A stretch of DNA of 64,000 nucleotides, from assembly GCF_006345805.1 (NCBI RefSeq), contig NC_043000.1:135346001-135410000 (forward strand), in the 5' to 3' direction. The stretch is from Octopus sinensis. Its lineage: Eukaryota. Under the pieces are notes generated by a model. That model made no database searches. It saw only the letters and a list, made by a program, of their open reading frames with translations, and was not told the DNA's origin. The first letter of the stretch is position 1, and each line of letters starts with the position of its first letter. Made by a program: the position numbers and the translations under genes. Of this stretch, positions 52,836 to 64,000 are shown one piece after another.

Positions 52836-55800
52836 ACTATATATATATCTAAAGAGAGAGAGAGAGAGACACACACACAGACAGACAGAGAAAGAGAGAA
52901 AGAAAGAGAGAGAGAGAAGAGAGAAAAACCGAGCACATAATGTAGTAAACATGTAACCTTTCTTTACACCTTAATGAAAATCAAATGGTATCGAAATAAT
53001 GCCAAGGACAATACATTCGCTTCCATTCTGAAACAACATCGGGTGTTTTAGAAAGCCAGGAGTTTGTTTGGAACACTCTAAACAAACTGTCACGACGAAC
53101 AAAATAGAAAGTTTCGTTAAAGTAATAAAATTAGTAAGAAAAGAAACACTTCTGTCTGGTTTAAAGAGTTGAAAACACGATGGCAATTACTCTGGAGATG
53201 TAGAGGTTACAACACATCATTCATACAGCGGTTAAGATGCCTTATTTGGATTTGAGATTATTGATTTCTGAGGAAAGGGAATTAATACGAAGAATGTTGT
53301 GAAAGACAAACATTTGATAAAATCTGATATCACATTAAAGATAGTTTTAAATGATCAGTGTGATACTGCAATGAGAGTTCCTTCTGTTTTGTATGTTAAA
53401 TGCTTCGACGGTCAATTTTTAAGGACATTAACACTTATGTGGCTTTGATACGACTTGTTTAATCGAAGCTTCGCTTGTGCTGTAGAGCTTACACAAAGCC
53501 ATGATACCAATTGGTATTCGAAATACGTTCATCAACATTACAATGTTACCGACCTTCCCAATATCACATAATTGACTGCAGATGTATTCATGTAATGAGA
53601 TACTCTGATAGGTGGGCAGGTTTTAATAATGAAGTCATTGAGTTTTGCTTTAAACCAATAATTCATTTTGGTTGTCTTTATGTCATGAAGATAGATTTGA
53701 CAATCAAGATGAATACTTTTATCTTATGTCAAAGGGACTAATGATGTTTACTATTATCTTTCTTTAGTGTTATATTTCTTCAATGTTTTTTAGTGTTCTA
53801 ATTCCAATAATTCTGGCTCCGTAGCTTGAAATTGAAGATTCTTAACGCTATATAGACAAACATATATGAGTAAAAGTGGAAATCCATAGTTTTCTCCACT
53901 CGTATTATGAAGCAACAGAACAGTTAGTGTGAACAACAAAAAGATCTTGTGGTGTTTATTCTGGCTCTGTACGCTCAAGATTTATATCCCGCCGAAGATC
54001 AACGTTGTCTTTCATCCTTCCAGAGCCGATAAAAGTACCAATTACGGACTCAGATCGATTTACTCGGCGAATGATCTCCAACATGCTGTGAACTAACCGG
54101 AAACACTTGAGTCTAAAGGTCGTCAATTGACTCCTTAAACCAATATCTTTAACAGACGTTCCTATTCGGCCAGCAAAATCGAAGCAAGGTCTAGTCGCGT
54201 TCCCTAGGACAAAAGGATCAACGGTACAACGGCAAGCAACTGCACCAACACCTGAAAATATATGAAACGATAAAAGAAATGACTGATTTGATTAAAAGCT
54301 TTAAGTCTATTATGGATTCAATCAGAATGCAATAGTTACTATCTGCATAGTGTTTGGGGTTAATGAGGTTGTTGATGTGACTATTTTTGAGTGTATGTGG
54401 TTCTTACTTATGCCTTATTCCTAAGATGTTGCTATACGATAGTAATCTAGGTGTTTGTAAATGTATCTGAGTGTCTGTGGTGATTGTAGATACTGCTTGT
54501 GCTGGTTGCAGCCTTCTATACAAAGAAACAGTCTTTATCATGACAAAGGGGGTCTTCCATTTTGAATATTTTTGTTACGTCATGTTGGTGGTGTGAGGGT
54601 GTGTTTTAGTAAAGGATTCTCCACAAAACAGACATTAATAATGTGAAGTAAGCCATATTATTTTCGTTGTACTTTATTGTTATTTTGGGGCAAAGATTTC
54701 AGATCTAGAAAGGGCATTTATAATCTAATCCACGATCAATCTAATGGTTTATTTATAACGAACATTGTCGATTATTTAACATTCTAAAGTATTTGTCATA
54801 GGTAATTTGGATCGTTACACTTATCTGTTTTGCCCCATCCTTGTTATTATCACTTATGGCAATACACGTCTCCATACATGCGGTAGGTTGAATGTTTACA
54901 ACATAGAGTAAAAAGTACATTACAACCACTAAAATTCCAATAGTTCCCAGATTATGTAATGAAGTTATGATTGATTATTAGATTTCACAGTGTGTTAGGA
55001 TGTTTTCCTTTATACTCACTTTTACTATTAGATATAATAGAAATCAAAATTAGATAAATAAGCTTGTAAAATATGTGTACTAGCTCAAGTTCTCTCATTC
55101 TCATATATTTCTGACTTAGGTACTGACTTAGGCTGTCAGAAATACGGTTAAGTACATTGCTTAAGGAGGGAACTTAACATATTGAAAAGGATATGAACTC
55201 AAGCAGTGATTAATTTATAGACTTCTTATTTACCTTTTCGTCGGTTTCCGCGCCAATTATGGAACAATCTCTTAAATTAAAATTTCTAGCTGTTTTTTTC
55301 TTTCTTAATTAACAGTAATATTAAAAATTATTGTTTTAATGTGAATTCTATTCTGGAAACATACGTAGATATCTGTATTTATAAAAATATCCGGACACGA
55401 TTTTTGAATAGTTATAATATATTCGTTTAAGTTTTATACTTAAGGCCCTCTTGTAAAGTTTATGACTTTAAACAAGGGCATTGAGTTGAAATAGGACTCG
55501 AAGTAAACTGGAGCTTAATCAGTTGAAATATCATATGAAGTTGAAGCGTGTGACAAAGCATAAAATTAGGTTTCAAATTACTTTAAATGCTAGCTTGAAA
55601 TGAATTCTTTCAGGAATCTGTTAACTCTTCAAAGACTACCCCCTGCAAAGTCTTTTTCTTTCTTTTCCTTTTACACTTTTTAAACTTTCAAAGTATTAAT
55701 TCAGGAATTTATTGTGATAGCAGGTTTAATAAATAATTTGGTAACGTTCAGATGAAATCCGTGCGGTTTATATCAAAGGCTTTTAAAACTAAGAAAAATA

Positions 55801-56229
55801 TTGAATAAAACGAAAAGTAAAAGTACCTTTGATATTGAAAGCATATAAACATGACACCCCTCTCAAAGATTTCACTGGACCACCAATGTGCTTCACTGAC
55901 AAAAGATATAAACGAAAGTTGTACATCAAAACGATGGTGATTTCGGGATATATAAGCTAGCATTTCCTTTGTTGTTGGGTAACCAGTTCAGTTGTCTGAA
56001 AGATCCCAGTTTGTTTCTTTTGAATAGCTTTGTATCACAGTACGAAGGTTGGCAGGTGGTAGGTAGGTAATTATTTCACCTTATGCCTCAAGATTTCTGC
56101 ATAACTAATACACTGTTTTAACTCCTTAACCTTTAGATATACAAAGTTAAATCATTTTGTATATAAAAGTGACAAATAAAGTGAAATTTATTTTTATGGT
56201 TTAGAAGACCACGTGATCGAGTAGGCTTT

Positions 56230-56487
56230 CGGCTGTTGCTATAAATCATTGGTCACCATGCGCTTTGCATCGTTTTAGCTTTCGAATGATGCAATCCTGC
56301 TGATTGCGCTAACATTCCCTCTGATCGGAAGGCTAGTCCATCGCAGGTTTACCCATTTACAGCTGAGTAGACTGGAGCAACATGAAATGAAGTGTTTTGT
56401 TCAAGAACACAGCATGCAGCCTGTCTGGGAATCGATTCCACGATCGTAAGTTCAATGCATCTAACCACTCGGTTACGCGCCTTCACA
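56230..56487 (-). mobile_element. SINE family C variant
   Basis: CAGCTGAGTAGACTGGAGCAAC.TGAAAT.AAGTG shared with 3429-3465; tRNA head at the right end. Confidence 0.7.
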
Positions 56488-57299
56488 ATGTTTTACAAGA
56501 TAAATTCTATAAAGTGAATTCATAGATCACCTAGACAAAACTAAATCTAGAAATAAAGCGATTTTTATATTGCTCAGTTTATGTCGTTTTAGAGTATCTT
56601 CCATGGATTTCTCGAGTTATTTTTGATAATCTTAGTGAAGATTCGTCTTTCATTTTTTAAAATAAAGCTGGGGTGTACGAAATGCTGACAATCAACAGAG
56701 GTTGCATCAAGTTTTAACTTATACTTTTTCATTCAGGAAGAGTAGATATCAATGCAGTTTTATAATTAGATATTTGTTAATAGATTTTTATGAATTACTT
56801 TTTACCCCTTCTCTCTGTATTTTTGAACCAATATCAATAACCCGCTTCCTTCAGTTATATTTGCATAAGCTTCACTTATATTATTTTTCATATTTCAGTC
56901 TTTAACCCTATTTGCAAACCCAAAGGCCTTAATGTATGTTTGATAACGCAATGGGAGTATTACTGATGTATCTCATAGAAGTCAGCTTGGGTTGACAATC
57001 GTTTTAAAAGATATGTTCACTGAAGAAACTAAACTCGGCGCTTCAATCTAATAAAGAGCTAATCTAGGTCAGGTTACAGCTGCCGTTGAGTTGCTTCTAC
57101 TATGCAATGTACAGTTAGACTGAATGGACTGTTTCAAAGTTGTATAGGAACCACGCAGAAAACATGGTACAGATGACAAGGTTTGAACGACTGATTTCTT
57201 TGCTGGCTGTCAAACACCCTGTCCAGTGAACTGTTCGCAATCTTGCACGGGATAAAAAATTCGTGCAAATTACACAGTCCCCACCCCACAAAAAAAAAA

Positions 57300-58860
57300 A
57301 AAAATATCTGTTGTCAAAAGGTTTGGACCTGAACAACGAGATTTTTGATACACAGAATCGGAAAATGACAACCATTTATTACCATCACTTCAAGATTTTA
57401 AGATGCTGAATCCTTAGACTTCCATTAAAAAAACTCCTACTAAAAAATTAGTGAAAATTAAAATATTTTTACAAATTACATCATTGTTTATGCCTAATTT
57501 CCCATTAATTGCGATTAGATTATTTTCTTGAGTACTGAAAGTCAGGAAGATTACGATCCAAGTTTCAACAATAGTCCGCTGTTATATGCAACTCTCATCT
57601 GCTTCATTAACTTTGATCCGTTGAATTTATGCCCCGATGGAAAAGTTCTCCCTTCTCGTCACTTGTGTCGCGGAGATTTTCAGGGAATTTATCAAGGTGA
57701 CTGTAGAGATAGTGCAGCTATCTACTCATATTTGCTCTTAACTTTTGAAAGATCAGCATTTTGTCGACTATTTAGGCATAGTCAGCTGCTTTCTTGTTGC
57801 TCAGAAAAAACCATCTAGAACTATTACAACTGAATTGCATGTTACTGATTCAATGCCATCCATTGAATTTACAAAGTTCTCATCTTTTATCAATTTTCTG
57901 AATTATGGTTTATCAAATAATCCAGCTTTTTATCTTTTCAATACTTAGATCGGGAAATGTGCTGCAAATGTAGAGAAAGCATAGTTCATCTTTAACCTTT
58001 AACAAACTGCTTCATAATGCCAAGATTAATATGGAGTGGAGGGAGGATGATTTCTCCCGGTTTAACAAAAAAGATCTTCAACCATTAATGTAGTTGAAGA
58101 GCATTTAGTTTAACCTGAAACAAATGTTCGCTGTAGGCATTCGCTGATCACCCAATGTTTCCCCCTGACTCAGTGTCCCACATAAATAAAAAGCATGGAT
58201 ATTTAGAGTACCCACTTTGTTGTTTCAGGTGAAAATTGACCATCTTAAAGTCTCAGCATATCAGCCATTGATGACTGTAGTACTTCATAATTCTCTAGCA
58301 CTGCTTTCACTATTTCATAATTCTCTGCTAGTTTTGTAGAGTAAACAGTTGGAACAAAGGCTTATGAAGCAGAATATATTTAAAATCTCTTTTCGAGTTA
58401 TCAATAAAAAGGCGCCAATCACTTATCATATTCTGCTAATCCCATCCTTAGAGGCATTCCCTCAATGTTTGAGCCATTCACTATCTAATAATTTTCTGTG
58501 ATGGACGGGAAAAAATTAGCATCCCTAGTGCGATAGAAGGTGACGATGGTTCCTTCATTAAGAAGATTTTTTCCCTTTAATCAAGACGCAAGAACTTGTA
58601 CAGGTTGTTTTGGTAAGTGTAATCCCGTTCCAAGTCACTGAGTTCATTTTGATCAAATAGCTGTAGGTCAAACTAATACGGATCATCTGTGGTTCCTTGT
58701 GGCTCAGTTGATACTTCCTGGTAAACTACGCATTTTTCTGAAAATTGAGGAAAACTGCAAAAATTGGAGGTTTGAGTATTTTGAAATCCAGACGTAAAGA
58801 TAAAATATGGATGATATTTTTGGATTCAGAAAATTAGGAAACCTTTAAATCAGGTAAAAA
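57300..58860 (-). mobile_element. Chapaev3-like (CMC superfamily) transposase relic
   Basis: Minus strand FDQNELSDL.RD, KNLL..GT.VTFYR, DWRLFIDNSKR, DFKMVNF...QQSGYSKYPCFLFMWD, IILPPLHINLGIMKQFVK, FPDLSIEK, HYLYSHLDKFPENL.D.SDEKGELFH, ADYC. Many stops; N-terminus missing; boundaries approximate. Confidence 0.8.
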
Positions 58861-59133
58861 CGCCCTGACAACAAAATACCTGTTGGGTTGTGTTATATAT
58901 AACTGTACATTCTGTATACCTATAAGTACACGGATATGAGTATGTTTGTGAAAGAGAAAGGCGGAAAGAGAGAGAGAGAGAGAGTGAGAGAGAGAGAGAG
59001 AGTGAGAGAGAGAGATAAAGAGAGAGAAAAAAAGGGGAGAGAGCAGACGTGTTAAAGAACGTTTATGCATGAATATATGTTGCCACACATATATATGCGT
59101 GTGTATATATATATATGTATGTGCACATATATA

Positions 59134-59188
<55 letters not shown>

Positions 59189-59330
59189 CATATATATTCG
59201 TATATATATATATATTATTATATATATATATATATATACACATACAGGCGTATCATTGTGTCTCAAAATATACACGTATTATCTTGTTTAAGCATATGTT
59301 TATATCAATCAGTGGTGATTAAGTATATGC

Positions 59331-59408
<78 letters not shown>

Positions 59409-59489
59409 GACATGGCTGTTTCCCTCTACTCCTTCCCCACCTTCATTCTATGTAATGTATGTACGTATGTGTGTATTATATGTATATAC

Positions 59490-59532
<43 letters not shown>

Positions 59533-59933
59533 CATGCACATACACATATACTTATATTTATATGTATGTATATATGTATATACTCTGATTCTCTTTCTCT
59601 CTCTCGCCCTCTCTCATATACACACACAGAAGGTCACGCCCTAGCGTATACATAGATATTATGAACATAGATAGTGTAGATATTCTTATTAGTACAGAAA
59701 CATCTAGAATACTTAATGGACGGTAATAATGGAAGTAGGTAGAGTCAGTTAATATTTATGCGTGTGGCAATTAGTTTTGTGATATTCCAGTATCCCCCGA
59801 CCCTGCCAGGGAATGAAATCTAGGGTTTACAATCTATCTACACTAATTGGCACTTACATTCACAGGCATAATTTTGTATGTATGAGTGTATATGCAAACA
59901 TATGTAAGTATGCTTGTATGTATGTGCTAATAC

Positions 59934-59975
<42 letters not shown>

Positions 59976-60335
59976 CTGTGTGTGTGTGCGTGTGAGTATA
60001 TTATATATTATATACTATTATTATTATCACATATCTACATGTACATATATGTATATATATACACACACATATACACACATGAGCAAACACTAATTTTCCC
60101 CTAATATATACACCTACATATTTGTGTCTGTGTGCGTCTAAATATGTAAACGTATATTTTTTTTATATGACGTATGATACATACATATATACATACACAC
60201 ACACACGCACACACACACACACACATATATATATACCTACCTACATACATACATACATACATATACACATGCATGTATGTAATGTATATTTGTGCATATA
60301 CATACATATATGTATACGCGCACGCACACACATGC

Positions 60336-60433
<98 letters not shown>

Positions 60434-61527
60434 GTCTGTCTGTCTGTCTGTCTATCTATGTATATATACACGTATACACACATGGGCAAACACTCATTCC
60501 ACTAATATATACACCTACATATTTGTGTGTGTGCGTGCGTGTGTGCCTCTAAATTAGCAAACGTATAGTTTTACATGTACACACACACACACACATACAC
60601 ACATATATATATGTGTGTATACATACATACATACTTGCATACGTATATATATACACACATACATATACACATGCATGTAATATATATGTGTGTGTGTATA
60701 CACACACACACACACACACACATATACATATAATTATATGTATTCATGCATACATGCACACACACATATGCATATATATAAATATATATGCACACACACA
60801 CACACGCACACACACACATATACATACCCCAACAGTAGCATCATCTATCAGGCAGTTATATCCGGTTCAAAATAATGTATTACAGTAATAAATTATAGTG
60901 TAAATTAGAACCAAGAAGACACCTTATAATAATCCAGCAGAGGCGAGGGAAACTCTAATCAATCTTAAATCATTGTAGATTAGCTTTCTTGGATTATCAA
61001 AAGGAATTTTTGTTGGACATGTAGATTGCCGTATATTGGTGATACGAAGTTTTTGACGAACCAGCTGTTTTATCCGGTTTTCTCTCGCTAATGGAATTCC
61101 TCTACCACCAATTCTATAAGGGCACTGCGGCTCAGGGCTGCATATGGTCCATAGTACGTTTTGAATGTCATGCCTAACGAAAAATTCCCTTGTGTTTTTT
61201 TTTTGTAGTGCGACTCATGCTATGATGAACTATGACTCATGCGACCCGCTTCTTGGAAAAGGTGACCCATGTCTGGCTTAGAACTTTCACTGCGCAAGGC
61301 GAAACTATCACAATTTACCTTCACATTTTAAAATGTGTGGATTAGATAGGTTTTTTTATTTATATAGTTCTAATGCGTCTTTCAAAGATTTTGAGCAGGA
61401 AGAAATAGGAAACAAATAAATAAGAATACATAGTTTGATATATAACATCTTGAACTTCTGATTATTCACACACGTTTACATCGAATATATATATATATAT
61501 ATATATAATATATATATATATATAATA

Positions 61528-61558
<31 letters not shown>

Positions 61559-61828
61559 ATATAATATATATATATATATATATATGAGAGATAATGTTGT
61601 CATTGAGACTCAAAGGTGTCAGGTAATGCCGAATAAGTGCTATAGACTTATGGACTTTTGGACTTTACTCATAGGGTATTGGAATACTACATGTATACCA
61701 TTCTACGTAAAAAATGGATTTACAACTTCAGTATCCATACATATCTTGCATCTATTTTCTTTCCTCCACCTCACTCTCTATTTTGTATCACATCTAAACT
61801 AACTATGACTTAACCATCCTCTCACACC

Positions 61829-61880
61829 GTCTCCAATGAAGGGATATAATTAATAAACATCCTGGAAACAGCTGTAAGAC
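61829..61880 (+). ncRNA. Minimal type-I hammerhead motif, mutated core
   Basis: GTCT-CCAATGA-AGGGAT...ATCCTG-GAAAC AGCT GTA-AGAC; stem I GTCT/AGAC, palindromic ACAGCTGT. Confidence 0.7.
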
Positions 61881-62057
61881 CTTCTATCTATAAATATTCT
61901 AATATTAACACAGCCTTTGTTTTTTTTTTTCTCATTACGCAAAAATTCGTATATACATACATACATATGAATTCATCTTCTATGCTGTGATCATTACATA
62001 CATGTACATTTTATAAAACCTTGTTTATTTATATTACACATTCATTCATGTCGGTCA

Positions 62058-62111
62058 TTCGTCTGACGATTGCTAGAATATAATCCATAACATGAAACTT
62101 GATGTCACAAA
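62058..62111 (+). ncRNA. Hammerhead motif, canonical core with decayed stems
   Basis: TTCGT-CTGACGA-(weak stem II)-GAAAC TTGAT GTC-ACAAA; GUC triplet. Confidence 0.5.
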
Positions 62112-62439
62112 GTCTAACCAATAAGATATTAAATACAATGAATAACGATACCCACTGCATGTGTCAAGTACTTTTAGGTAGGGTGGAATAATTATTTAAA
62201 GCTGAGTTTTCACGAATCGCTACTCGGAGTTTTCCATTCCCAAAGTCAACTGACACAGTGTTTTTGAAGCTTTCTTATACACATCACAGATGGCTTGAGT
62301 GACACTGGTTAGGTAATGTAGATCAAGTGACACCGAAAAACAAATACTGCATTAACAAAACATTGGTTTACATAATACTTAACAAAAACATTGGTTTACA
62401 TTATTTTGAATATTATTCAAGAAATTATATTTACTTGTA

Positions 62440-62968
62440 TGATTTCAAATTTTTGCACAAAGCCATTAGTTTTAGAGGAGAAGAGGTAGTGTATTACATC
62501 GATCCCAGTGCTTAAGTAGTTCTTATTTTATCGATCCCGCAAGGATGAAAAGTGATGTCGACCTCGGCGGAATTTGAACACAGAGCATAATGAGCCGGAA
62601 AAAATACCGCTAAGAATTTTGACGGATTTGTTAACGATTCTGACAGTTCGCCGCCCTGCATTCACTTATAATAAAACTACATTTTAATTGTCGTAAAAAC
62701 CATATATACATACATACATACTTACTCGCACACATTCAAATGGACCGACACCTGCCTCTTTGAGATCATATAATATGTATAATACACATGCACACATACA
62801 CCCCCAACACGCATACACATAATATTTGTTTCAAATTTTGGGGGATGGGGTAAGTTGATTACATCGATTCTATTGCTTAACTTTCGAAAGGATGAAAGGC
62901 AGAATTTGAATTCAGAACATCATGAGACGGAGGAAATACCACTAACGATTCTACCAGATCACCGCCTT
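62440..62968 (-). mobile_element. Two degenerate SINE family B copies (62440-62655, 62825-62968)
   Basis: TTTCAAATTTTG tail, GGATGAAA block, TAACGATTCT.CAG.TC.CCGCC head. Confidence 0.75.
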
Positions 62969-63103
62969 CCATTCACTTATAACAAAACTAAATTTTAATT
63001 ATAATTATAATTAAAACTATGTATGGTATATACATACATACATACATACATACATACATACATACATACATACATACACACACACATACATACATACATA
63101 CAT

Positions 63104-63134
<31 letters not shown>

Positions 63135-63734
63135 TACATACATACATACATACATGCATGCATACATACATACATACATACATACATACATACACACACA
63201 CACATACATACATACATACATGCATACATACATGTATACATACATGCATACATACATACATACATACATACATACATACATACATACATACATACATACA
63301 TACATACATACATACATGCATATTTCGTTTATATTTTCTTTTACGTGTTTCCAATCATTTCCCTGCGGCCAAGCTTCTTACCACATTGCAATACAACAAA
63401 TCGTTGTACTTTAAGTACATTTCAATCTGTGCAAATCTTTAGAAAATTTAGACAATTTTGTCTAACCTCAGGTCCATCTTTCTCCATTTTTTTTACACGA
63501 TCATCTGATCATATGTGTAGTATATATGTTTCCAGTTAAGTTGTTTTTCATTGACATCTCGTCAATGTCGTCTGATCATTACGTCTCATCGGCGTCGTTC
63601 GAATAACTCTAATCTGTATAAGACAACCTCAAAAATCACAGAGTCAGTCGGCTGATGACCGGAACAAAAGAAATCCATGTAGTGACCCGTACATGCTAAG
63701 CTTTGACTGATACTGCAATATGTATGTATGTATG

Positions 63735-63768
<34 letters not shown>

Positions 63769-64000
63769 TGTATGTATGTATGTATGTATGCATGCATGCA
63801 TGCATGCATGTATGTATGTATGTATGCATGCATGTATGTGTGCGCGCGTTCGAATTGCGGATTAAATAAAACAGGGGACAACTGATGAAGGGATTGTTCT
63901 TTATGTTACCTGTCTCGTTTCTCTATTTGTTTCATTCGTTGGTCGAAAAAAAAACGTTCGTTTTCCATGTTTTTGGTTTTTCATGTTCTCGTTTTTCATG

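Noticed and set aside
63650-63900. Two CTGATGA strings
   Set aside because: No convincing stem II or correctly placed GAAA.

Overview
AT-rich, microsatellite-saturated eukaryotic non-coding DNA, most likely from an octopus or other coleoid cephalopod (inferred from the SINE families and the TACA/TATC/TA/CA repeat load, not from a database search). I can support no intact host gene; most ORF-track entries are microsatellite translations. Decayed mobile elements are recognisable: mariner, Tc1, a full-length DD41D Tc1/mariner, piggyBac, Chapaev3-like, R4/Dong-like and CR1/L2-like LINE pieces, three non-autonomous Helitrons and four SINE families. The most notable signal is a set of about ten loci, from several apparently unrelated short repeat families, that carry minimal type-I hammerhead-ribozyme folds. 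Their stem III is palindromic, they often sit in fold-back palindromes, and most abut (TA)n or (TACA)n tracts, which suggests non-autonomous Penelope-like/retrozyme-like elements. Two SINE-LINE 3' tail pairings are also visible, one with compensatory base changes.
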